This document shows positions 1 through 13,329 of a stretch of DNA of 52,106 nt, piece after piece. Numbering within the stretch: the stretch's first letter is position 1; each line of letters starts with the position of its first letter. The notes under the pieces were generated by a model that made no database searches, was not told where the DNA came from, and was given only the letters and a program-made list of their open reading frames with translations. Position numbers and translations under genes: made by a program. The stretch is from Macrostomum lignano (Eukaryota), in assembly GCA_002269645.1 (NCBI GenBank), contig NIVC01004275.1, positions 1-52,106 of the forward strand, given 5' to 3'.

Positions 1-1663
1 CCGCCCTGCAGGCCGGGAACACGGCGAAGTTGATTCGCTCCTCAAAGTTGTACTGTCTGGGCGCCTCTTAGCCGACGCCGGAGGCCGTTCGCCGCGGCGA
101 TAGAAAATGACGCCGGCGCGAGGGCCGCGCAAAGACTTGTGCGTGGTGCTGCGTGACAACGTCGGCAAATTCGAATGGCGAAGGAATAACGCGGCGCCAC
201 CAGACCGCTGATGTGGGGCCATGTCGGCCATCAGGACGGCGCGCGAGTTCGTCGCAGAGGCGCGAAAACGCGCGTAGTCCAATAGGCGCGGATAGGCGGT
301 GACGCCGGCTACAATTAGGCGAGGCGAAACAGGCGAGGCGTCGACTCCAGCTGCTCGTAGTCTAGCAGTCCGGTGCGCTGGTCCACCTGAGGGGGCGAAC
401 GGTTGGAAAGCCGATGAACACCTTTGATGGCCAACCGTCAGCGGCCGTCAGCGTCAATTTGATTGCCGTCAGCGCTGGTTGTGGGGTGATGTCACCCATA
501 GCCCTCCTGCCCAACCTTAATTGTTATTACTAACCTTGTATCCAAGCGATTCAAAGTACACAGAAGTGGCCGACACCCGCTTCTGCGGGCTGGCAAAGCC
601 GTGGGTGAGGTGGCCGCCGTCGGGCAGGTCAAGGCCCATGAATCTGTCGTGAGGCTTGAGGAGGCCGGTGTAGGCGGCGAAGTTAGCCGGACTGCCCGAG
701 TACGGCTGCACGTTGACACCCCAGCGCTGGGGGTCGAGGCCGAAGCAGTCCAGCAGGCGGGACTGGGCCAGAAGCTCGATTCGGTCCACCACCTCGTTGC
801 CGCCGTAGTACCTGCGGCGAGGAAAGGGAGGACTGCTGATGGAATCGGGTTCTTAGCTGGTTCTATTGAAGATAGCGGGGAGTTTAATGGTAGCCAGTGT
901 GAGTTTAAAGGTAAACAGTGGGAATTTAATGGTAGACAGTGGGTTTAATGATGGCTAGCGGGGAGTTTAATCGTAGACATTGGGAGTTAAACGGTAGACA
1001 GTGGGAGTTGAATGGTCGCCTGTGGGAGTTTATGGGTAGCCTGTGGGAGTTTAATGATAGACAGTGGGAGTTTAATGGTAGCCAGTGGGAGCTTAATCGT
1101 AGACATTGGGAGTTAAACGGTAGACAGTGGGAGTTGAATGGTCGCCTGTGGGAGTTTATGGGTAGCCTGTGGGAGTTTAATGATAGACAGTGGGAGTTTA
1201 ATGGTAGCCAGTGGGAGTTTAATGGTAGACAGTGGGAGTTTAATGGTAGCCAGTGGGAGTTTAATGGTAGCCTGTGGGAGTTAAATGATAGACCGTGGGA
1301 GTGTATTGGTAGTTAACGTGGGTTTATTTAATTAGTAGATAGTAGGAGGTTAATGGTAGACAGCGGGAGTTCAAGATAAACAGAGGAAGTGCCAGGGTAG
1401 GCAGCGGAAGGCGGGTCGCACCTGGCACCCGGATATCCCTCAGCGTATTTGTTGGTCAGACAGGAGCCGGCGCACTGCATCACAGCCCGGCTAGTGAAAT
1501 TCTCCGAGGCGATGAGCTCCAAGCCTCTGAATTGGCGTTGTTTCTCTTCTTGAATAAGCGACCACAGCTGCGGATCGCTAGTTGCTAGGGACTCTTGTCC
1601 GGTCCAGGCGGCCGTTGCTAGGCGACGAGCAGCCGGACGCATTAGAATGCGGCGCATTAGCAT
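1..1663 (-). CDS. SHMT: Serine hydroxymethyltransferase, mitochondrial-type; 3'-partial, exon 3 frameshifted in this sequence
   Basis: Exon 1663-1422 (Arg-rich transit-like peptide, [22 protein letters not shown]; donor GTGCGA). Exon 811-535 ([37 protein letters not shown]; donor GTTAGT). Exon starting at 386 ([24 protein letters not shown]-lysine motif [17 protein letters not shown]), readable only by correcting about 8 small indels. Confidence 0.96.
872..1365. repeat. 21-bp minisatellite (GACAGTGGGAGTTTAATGGTA) filling SHMT intron 1
   Basis: Unit visible throughout. A variant block recurs at 972 and 1098 (126 bp = 6 units). Confidence 0.95.
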
Positions 1664-1709
1664 TGTTGATTATCGCGACAGCAATGCGGCGTTGGTTGAT
1701 TGTCCAGCT

Positions 1710-2206
1710 AGGAGTGAACTTGGTGTCAATTGGTTTCAACCAATCAGAATGAAGCTAGTCCACTATAGAAGTAAGATAGGTGTATATCGGTTTCAACCAA
1801 TCAGAATGAATCTAGTCCATTATAGGAGTGAGGTTGGTGCCTATTAGTTTCAACCAATTAGAATGAAGCTAGTCTATTTTTAGAGTGAGGTTGGTGTCTA
1901 TTTGTTCAACCAATCAGAATGAAGCTGCTCCATTACAGGCCATTACAGGAGTGAGGTTGGTGTCTATTGGTTCAACCAATCAGAATGAAGCTGGTCCATT
2001 ACAAGAGTCAGGTTGGTGTCTATTGGTTTCAACCAATTAGAATGAAGCTAGCATAACTAAGAGTGAGGTTGGTGCCTGTCGGTTTCAAGCAATTAGATTG
2101 AAGCTAGTCTAACCAAGAATGAGGTTGGTTTCTATCATTTTCAACCAATCAGAATGAAGCTAATCAAATTAAGAGTTGAGGTTGGTGCAAATCGTTTTAG
2201 CCAATT
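1710..2206. promoter_or_regulatory. Degenerate ~57-bp tandem repeat carrying CCAAT boxes immediately upstream of SHMT
   Basis: CCAAT at 1740, 1797, 1854, 1910, 1976, 2033, 2145 and 2201, mostly as AACCAAT(C/T)AGAATGAAGCT. ATTGG at 1729, 1966 and 2022. The repeat is certain; a regulatory role is inferred. Confidence 0.6.
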
Positions 2207-2963
2207 ACTTTATACGAGTACATAGTACGTGGAACAGAAATAATTTTGATGTTTCAATTCTAACTAATATAAGGCTTCTAGCCAAAATAAGATTACAATA
2301 GCTGAAAAAATGCAGGAAATTTGTGTACCCTTCGGTTAATCATGTTCTCCATTGAATATTAGGCTACATTGAAACTCTTGTTAATCTAAAGAAATATAAG
2401 CATATAAACTCAATCTACTTGATTTTGTTATAATATGCAAAAAAGAACAGTAAGACAAACAAAATTTTTGTGAGCAATAGGTCTTTCTTAGATCGAACAA
2501 GCTAGCGTGTGCGGCCGTTGCTGCTTCTGCGGCAAAAGCAAAGCGTTTTACTATTTTATTTCAGACTTTTATTTAATTAGGCATCAATCAACGATTTGAC
2601 ATAAGCAGGTGACGCGCAGGTGCTGTGTGTGTGTATATATTTGATTTTGTTTGACTAACAGGGAACAGACAGGTGTTGAAATTCGACATTGAAATATTTC
2701 AGTATATTTTTGACAGAAGACTGCTTTTGAAGTGGGAGAGTGCGCAACGAGTTAGACTATTACTACAGAAACTATATTACTAACAAGAGTGGATGTGTTA
2801 ATTTTTTATAGATAGCTAAAATCTAATGCCTCGCCCACTTATACAGGTAAACCAACATTGTAACGCAATTGGTTGCTAGGTAGTCATAAGTAGACGCTTT
2901 TGTTTTTGTTAATCTAAGCGCAAAATGGCAAAGTGTGTTCTTTTTTTCTCTTGAAATTTGCGC

Positions 2964-5343
<2,380 letters not shown>

Positions 5344-5411
5344 GGTGTAGGCTAGAGCATGAAATTGTGAATAAAAGCACTGATAGTGGTTGCAAATTAT
5401 ACATATAGCCC

Positions 5412-7060
5412 ATAGATCAAGCTGTGCCAGTGGATCAAGCTGTGCCTGTGGATCAAGCTGTGCCAGTGGATAAAGCTGTGCCTATAGATCAAGCTGTGCC
5501 TATAGATCAGGCTGTGCCTATATATCAAGCTGTGCCTATAGATCAGGCTGTGCCTACAGATCAAGCTGTGCCTACAGATCAAGCTGTGCCTGTGGATCAA
5601 GCTGTGCCAGTGGAAAAAGCTGTGCCAGTGGAAAAAGCTGTGCCTATAGATCAAGCTGTGCCTATAGATCAGGCTGTGACTATATATCAAGCTGTGCCTA
5701 TAGATCAGGCTGTGCGAGTGGATCAGGCTGTGCCTATAGATCAAGCTGTGCCTGTAGATCAAGCTGTGCCTGTGGATCGAGCTGTGCGTATAGATCAAGC
5801 TGTGCCTATAGATCAAGCTGTGCCTGTAGATCAAGCTGTGCCTGTGGATCAAGCTGTGCGTATAGATCAAGCTGTGCCTATAGATCAGGCTGTGCCTATA
5901 TATCAAGCTGTGCCAGTGGATCAGACTGTGCCTATAGATCAAGCTGTGCCTGTAGATCAAGCTGTGCCTGTGGATCAAGCTGTGCGTATAGATCAAGCTG
6001 TGCCTATAGATCAAGCTGTGCCTGTAGATCAAGCTGTGCCTGTGGATCAAGCTGTGCGTATAGATCAAGCTGTGCCTATAGATCAGGCTGTGCCTATATA
6101 TCAAGCTGTGCCTATAGATCAGGCTGTGCCAGTGGATCAGGCTGTGCCTATAGATCAAGCTGTGCCTGTAGATCAAGCTGTGCCTGTGGATCGAGCTGTG
6201 CGTATAGATCAAGCTGTGCCTATAGATCAAGCTGTGCCTGTAGATCAAGCTGTGCCTGTGGATCAAGCTGTGCGTATAGATCAAGCTGTGCCTATAGATC
6301 AGGCTGTGCCTATATATCAAGCTGTGCCAGTGGATCAGACTGTGCCTATAGATCAAGCTGTGCCTGTAGATCAAGCTGTGCCTGTGGATCAAGCTGTGCG
6401 TATAGATCAAGCTGTGCCTATAGATCAAGCTGTGCCTGTAGATCAAGCTGTGCCTGTGGATCAAGCTGTGCGTATAGATCAAGCTGTGCCTATAGATCAG
6501 GCTGTGCCTATATATCAAGCTGTGCCTATAGATCAGGCTGTGCCAGTGGATCAGGCTGTGCCTATAGATCAAGCTGTGCCTGTAGATCAAGCTGTGCCTG
6601 TGGATCGAGCTGTGCGTATAGATCAAGCTGTGCCTATAGATCAAGCTGTGCCTGTAGATCAAGCTGTGCCTGTGGATCAAGCTGTGCGTATAGATCAAGC
6701 TGTGCCTATAGATCAGGCTGTGCCTATATATCAAGCTGTGCCTATAGATCAGGCTGTGCCAGTGGATCAGACTGTGCCTATAGATCAAGCTGTGCCTGTA
6801 GATCAAGCTGTGCCTGTGGATCAAGCTGTGCGTATAGATCAAGCTGTGTCTATAGATCAAGCTGTGCCTGTAGATCAAGCTGTGCCTGTGGATCAGGCTG
6901 TGCCTATATATCAAGCTGTGCCTATAGATCAGGCTGTGCCAGTGGATCAGGCTGTGCCTATAGATCAAGCTGTGCCTGTAGATCAAGCTGTGCCTGTGGA
7001 TCAAGCTGTGCGTATAGATCAAGCTGTGCCTATGGATCAAACTGTGCCTATGAATCAAAC
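5412..7060. repeat. 18-bp minisatellite (GATCAAGCTGTGCCTATA), ~91 copies, with a 414-bp higher-order repeat
   Basis: Variant GATCGA at 5775, 6189 and 6603 (period 414 = 23 units). Variant GATCAGAC at 5919, 6333 and 6765. Confidence 0.97.
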
Positions 7061-7080
7061 TACAACTGCAGATCAAGTTT

Positions 7081-10000
7081 GTCTAGATACAGGATTTGAA
7101 CAAGGTGGTATTGAATGAATTAGCAAGGTGATAATATAGTATGGAATATTGAGGTAACATCCTGGACCTGGCATGCATAAATTTTTGTACGCATTGCACA
7201 AAAGCTAGTACTACTGTCTGGATCAAGGAAAGCATCTATCTTAATGCAACCTGCAGCTTTAAATCAAAGTCCAAGTGAGATGCAATGTTGAGGCAGAAAA
7301 GGCCTTTGCAATAAGACTGTTTTAAAAAAATCCAAGTTAATAAGCAACAAGATTCTTTTGACTAGCACTATTGCAATCACACTTTAGAGGCCCAAAATAT
7401 TTATTGTTGCAACTTGTATTTGATTGCTACATATGATTTGATAATTTAATATCTAGTGAGACCTTCTAGTAAAAAGCTTAGCATTTTAAATTGGTTTTTT
7501 TTTAATCTGACAACAATTTTAAGACCAATTTTAGAATCTAGTAGTGTGGCTTATTATATAGTATTATATCATAGTAGCCTTGAAACTAGAAACTTAAGAT
7601 TGACCTTAATTCTAGCCCAAAATATCTCATTAGAGGTTAGAAGTTAGAACCCATATAAGAACTCATTCAAATAAGTAAGCAAGAAATATATTATACATTG
7701 TTACTTATAACTTAAGGTTTATGCTTTAGGTCTTATTTTGATTTTGATTTACAATTTACATTGTATACAGTGCAATTTGTATTACAACCAATAGTTTTCT
7801 AAAATATTTAAGGTTTTGCTTTCTAGTTGTTTTGAAATTTAAATTGTATATTTTTTCTTGTACCATACTAGCATACCACATCTACAACCAGTTGACAGCC
7901 TTTTTATTACATAGAATATCAGCACAAAGATGCTAATTTATATGCTTTATTTGTTGCAAAATAGTAAAAACAATATTAAGCAAATGAAAATACCAAAAAT
8001 GCTATGTCTCAACAAATTGTTACAACTATAGCTTTAAATGCATTTTTGTTTTAATTTTTCTTCCAATGTCCTTAGAGATCCCAGGAAAAGTGACAAAAAT
8101 TCTTTACTTGATAGGGTTTTTAAAGCCAGAATTGGTATCCTTAATTGAGACAAATAATCAATCCAAATATCAACACTGTATATACCAACACCATTCAAGA
8201 CAACTAGGAATATACAAAGAGTCACTTATGCAATGAACATTACAGATTCAACACATAAAGGAATATCCCTAGTATTGCATCTATTTTCCTCTTAGCTCTT
8301 GGACTATCCTTTGTTAGATTACCATGTATTACATAGTCTAATTAACTTAAAAATTTATAAAAAGAATTATACAAAAATTGCCAAAAGATGAATTTTAAAT
8401 TTATTTGGATCATACTAACTTTGGATTATTATAAGGCCATAAGCATGTCTCCAATTATGAATAGCTTCATATATTTATTTCTTTTAATTCTTATTTTAGC
8501 AAAATATTGAGTGAATATTAGAAATTGATTAGTTATATTACCAGTACAACCCTTGCTAATATGGTATAATACTATAATATTTTTATATGTAAACTAGCCT
8601 ATCAAGTAAGCCTATTAAGACTAGGTTTCAGTGCTTAATAATCTTCCAATTGGTCTTTTACCTTTTGCTCTTTTGCAAGCATATTGTCTTTATATTAGTC
8701 CAAAGACTCCAAATAGCAACTTACTATATAATAGAATCTTCAAAATTTAAAGTAGGCCTTTTTCAAGAGTATTAGGCCATGGAAAAACATATTATAAATA
8801 TGTTTAGGCTAATAGTTAGGCCCAAAAATTTAAATTTTCTTAAAATTTTAATTTTAGGAACAAAATTATAATATTCATATACTTGGTAATGAAATACCAG
8901 GATTCATTCCTACTATTCAGATGTTCCTTGACTTAGCTATTCTAGCTGGCTGTTATGAGCTACTAGACTTGCTTAATCACATTTTGTTATATGATGCTAT
9001 TATTATATAAGCTACCTATATATGATAAAACTAGATTTCAGATGATTATACTAAAGCACAAAGGGGCTTAGTCTCATCTCTTAAAATATGATTAGGCCTA
9101 CTAATTTTTAGAAACATTTTTTCTTCTTTAGCCATTTGTAACAAAATTGTTAAAATATTTATTTTTAAGTTTTGATGTGAAGTTAGCTCGTATATATAGA
9201 AATTATTTTGTAATTGAGTAATTTGCTAGTTATTTAGTTATTGTTTCAATTTGACTTAATTTTGAGAAATTGTACTTTAGTTTCTATTAATTTAACTATC
9301 TTTTTATTGGCATCTTAGGTTTAAATCTAGCTGGTTTTTCCGAAAATTTAATTTTTGTTTTCATACTCTTTTTAAATACTTAGTATCTTAGCATTTTTGC
9401 ATCCTTTCCATTGTTAGCAAGTATATAAATAATAACAATAACTAACTTAGCTAAATAAATTAAAAACTTGTCATATATTTTTTCTTATTCACCATTGAAA
9501 GCTCAAGACTTGCAATAAAAATTGGTGTCAAGAAGTGAAATCCTTACTATTTGCATTCATTAACTATTAATTGCTTAGCATGGATAAAGAAATTGTGCTA
9601 AGAAATTCAATGGCTTATATCTTCAATAATATTTTTTATCTAGCAACCAACTAAGTAGTATATTCAGTTCTAGTCTTTTGGATTTGCAAGAAAGGTAGAA
9701 CATCAAATAATTATCTAATGAGATACTTTTAATAGATTAGAAACAAATAACCAAAGCAAGGTAATAATGAAATTATGTTTTGAATTTAATTGGATACTAT
9801 TAATTGGATATTAATAGTATCTAATTAATTAATAATTGATATTACTATTTATTGGATATCATTTTTAATTGGATACCACCATATGGGATATTCTAAATAA
9901 TGGTAATAATATGGGTTGGGCTCTAATTTACCAAGTTTTCTAAGTTTTTTTTCAAATTAAATGCAAGACAAGATTCTAGAGATTCAATACTTAAAATTAA

Positions 10001-12048
10001 CACTAATTATGATACCCACTCAATGTCATAAAAAGGCAAACTAAAAAGCTATCTTGAAGATCAAGAGGCATTACCAATAGGTATTTCTTTCTTATCAATA
10101 GGCTAAAATACAATAGGAGACCAAGGATGACAAATGGCTATTTTACTATGATGAAATATATAAAGGTATCAATATAAAAGTTGTTACCACTAGTGCCACT
10201 AGTCCTATTTTGACTTGACCAAGCCAGTCTTTACCACCATTTCAAATGGCCTTAGTGACAATAGGCTTATCTATACATGTCAAGATTACAAAGTGCATGT
10301 TTGTATGATCTAAAGTTAACTTTATGGAGCAACTTAAAGTCCTAAATGTCAAGCTGACCACTCAAAGAATGAATCTCAAAGCTAGTCAATTGAGAGGGGC
10401 AAGTAGACTATCACCTACAACATTAGTTTCAATGAAACTATAGAGGAGATCAACTAATATAACATAAAAGACAATATAATCTATAGGCTCCAAGAAATAG
10501 ATAAGCTTGAAAGCATCATGCAAGATGGCCTAAAGATAATATCCTTAATTATGCTAATTGTTACTTCCAGGTGAATTGGCAATCAGCAACTCCTTTAAAC
10601 TATCTAAGACCCCTAGTTGTCTATTTAGTAAATGAGAGCAATAAAGCAGCTTTTTTGGCAACCTGCCATCTTAAGAATTGAGATAAGCCTAGAAAATGAC
10701 CTAATAAAAAACATAAGAGTGCATATAAGCTTGTATAATATTCAAACAAAAGCTTATGCACTAAACTTAACTTGAGTTTTTAGGCTGATTCAATGTGGGA
10801 TTCAATGTGAGATCTTCATACAAATCTCAACTAAGTTTTTAAGCCTATTCAATACAAGGTTCAATGTGTAATATCTTGCAGTAAGCCTAAATTGATTTCT
10901 TAAACCTATTTAATGCCATATTTTCTACACTAAAGTAAACTTGAGTTCTTAGGCCTATTCCATATAGAACTTAATAACGAATTCAATGTGTGATTCAATG
11001 TAGCAACTTATTAAAAGACTCATTATTGCTTGTTGCTCTCCTATCATTTTCAACATACAAAAAGGTTCTAGATATCTATTTAGCTACTTTGGCTGATACA
11101 AATAATGGTTTTGTCAGTCTTTTGACAAATCAAGTGAGCAAAATACAATGTAGTCTAGTGCAATAGACTAAGCTGCTTATGCGTAACATAGCCAAGTCCA
11201 AACTATTGAATAAGATAGAAGTTGCAATGTTGAAGCTATTGGAAGAACTGACATTTTGACTAAAGAAAGTTGGTAATATACAATTATTTGTTTCAAGAAC
11301 TTTATTTTGGGATACAAACTAGGTAAATGGCATTATAGAAGAAGTCCATTTTTTAAGTTATACTTAGGTATATATAAACAAATATAGACACAAAGGTAAG
11401 TAAATTTGCTGAACTAGACTTTGGTCCCAATTTAGAGAACTAACCTAAAACAAAAAGTTTGATACAAAAGAAATATATAAGCACTTGCCAATTCAATATT
11501 ACCAAAATTTGTTTAACAAAAAATGCCTTTATGGCACAATTTCTACCCATGATGTGCCTTGATATTTGATAATTTAAGCAAAGCCCAACTTTTATAATAC
11601 AAGAGCCTTGCTTTGCTCTTTTCAGATCAGCTATATTTTCATCAAGATTATAACTAGGGCCTGACTACAAATTTATATTTTTTTACTTTAAATAGATTGC
11701 AGTTTATAGATTTGCTATAACCAAACACAAAATTTGTATTTGCATTATTTACTTAGTATTGGTTTGATCGCTCTTTTTGGTCTTGGGATTTTAGCTTTCT
11801 ACTTAAATTTGCACTGTGCTTTGATAGTTGACTATCACTGAGTAAATATTGAAATAGATTAGGCCTACTAACATCATTGAGACTGTTGTGATCTTTGGAA
11901 TACTTGTCATTACTTTACCTTTATATTATTTGTGCTAACCATAAGCACAAAAGTTGAAAACATAACCAACAATACATAAAAATATTTCAGTGCCAGCCAA
12001 AGCTACCTGCTTAATAAAGTGTGCCTTGCAGATGCAACTTGCCATTCT

Positions 12049-12090
<42 letters not shown>

Positions 12091-12300
12091 CTTTAGCTCT
12101 CTTTATGTCTGTCTCCATTTCCAGTCCCTTTATCTTCAAAGCATGCCAGCAGAAGCAACCTGCTTAATCAAAGTATGCCATGCAGAAATTTATCTAGGTT
12201 TACTCTTGCCTTTGCCATGGCCATATAGCTATACAATTTAGTAAATAGGCCTAGGCCTTTACCTATCATAATTAAGCCTAGCTACCAATAAAAATGTATT
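7081..12300. other. AT-rich, strongly CpG-depleted block (probably old decayed repeats)
   Basis: About six CpG counted in ~5.2 kb (7190, 9189, 9341, 10978, 11182, 11769); no long ORFs. Confidence 0.8.
11986..12185. repeat. ~45-bp imperfect direct repeat flanking a (CT)n tract
   Basis: TGCCAGC..AAGC(T/A)ACCTGCTTAAT(A/C)AAGT(G/A)TGCC occurs at ~11990 and ~12144, on either side of CT repeats at ~12051-12086. Confidence 0.75.
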
Positions 12301-12783
12301 CAAAGTCAAAAATGATTTTTTAGTTGTAGGGCCTAAGCCTTATTAGGCGATGGCCTAGTTATTGCTGAGCTGACATACTGACAAAGCTAGGCCTATCGCC
12401 TATGTAGAAAAAATTCAATGCCTATTTGTGAAAATTTTTAAAAAGTAGACCTAGGCCTATTTAGTAATGACTATATTTTGGTTCTAAAAAACCACCACAA
12501 GACTTTTGTCAGATAACCACAATGCTAAATCAGATGTAGACGTAGAGGCTTTAAGTCTAGGCTAGAATCAATAGCTATATTTGTTTTCTTACTCATAGCT
12601 AGTTCTAGCAAAATTTTATAATAAATACAGAATTCTTAATTACTGCAACTTCTTTATTGCCCGTTTAAATACAAAAGAATGTATTTTCTTCCGATTAAAT
12701 GTGATACAAAAAGGCTATCCTTCAGTTTTGTTTTTGTTTAATTATTTTCAGAGTCTTATATTATTTTTTACCCCTTTTTCAGC

Positions 12784-13090
12784 ATGGCGGGTCACCCATC
12801 TGCTCTGACAACAATTGTCCCACCAGCTGAGGTCAGGTCATGAATCTTCTGTTCATGAAGATGTGTGACCTCGCTATCCTGACTGCTGACACGCAATCTG
12901 TGATGCGCTGGCTGGCGAAGTACCAGCTGCTGCCCAACGAGCACCAGTGCCACAACAACAACTGCCCTTAGACACCCCAAATGCGCTTCAACGTCGTCAA
13001 GGTGATTGTTACGTTGATGGCTGGACCTGGGCCTGCAACAAGGACTGCCGCGCTCAGGAGTCCATCAGGAAGGGCTCGTTCTTTGAGCGT
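12784..13090 (+). pseudogene. N-terminal fragment of a Merlin (IS1595/ISXO2-like) DNA transposase
   Basis: Frame-corrected reading gives ...VMRWLAKYQLLPNEHQCHNNNCP*TPQMRF...DCYVDGWTWACNKDCRAQESIRKGSFFER. This matches the zinc-ribbon pattern WL..LL..C..C...M...DG..W.C...C...SIR.GSFFE of eukaryotic ISXO2-like transposases. Premature TAG at 12969; frameshifts; no DDE region. Confidence 0.75.
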
Positions 13091-13329
13091 ATATATTTCT
13101 TCGAAAATAATTAAACGAACGAAACTGAAGGATAGCCTACAAAAAAAGAGCGCAATAACATAATAGCTAGACGCTTCTGAAAGCGCGACATGGAAGCATG
13201 CTTTATCCAAAGGGGCACCAAATTTGAAAGGTTTAACTAGGACTAGGTGGTTGGTATACGGGTACTTGCAGAATTTGTAGAAAATTTAAGCTCAGCTTAA
13301 CATTATGTGGTAGCCGGGACTACCACTTA

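Noticed and set aside
939-1316. WEFNG-repeat ORF resembling a pentapeptide or beta-helix protein
   Set aside because: 21-bp minisatellite on the antisense strand of SHMT intron 1.
5397-7118. 559-aa and 564-aa ORFs on opposite strands
   Set aside because: By-product of an 18-bp (multiple of 3) stop-free unit; open on both strands, no unique domain or splice support.
12784-12831. Alternative first coding exon of MTAP (MAGHPSALTTIVPPAE, donor GTCAGG)
   Set aside because: Better explained as the start of the Merlin relic; 14705-14719 has a stronger donor and supplies the expected Lys before VGIIGG.
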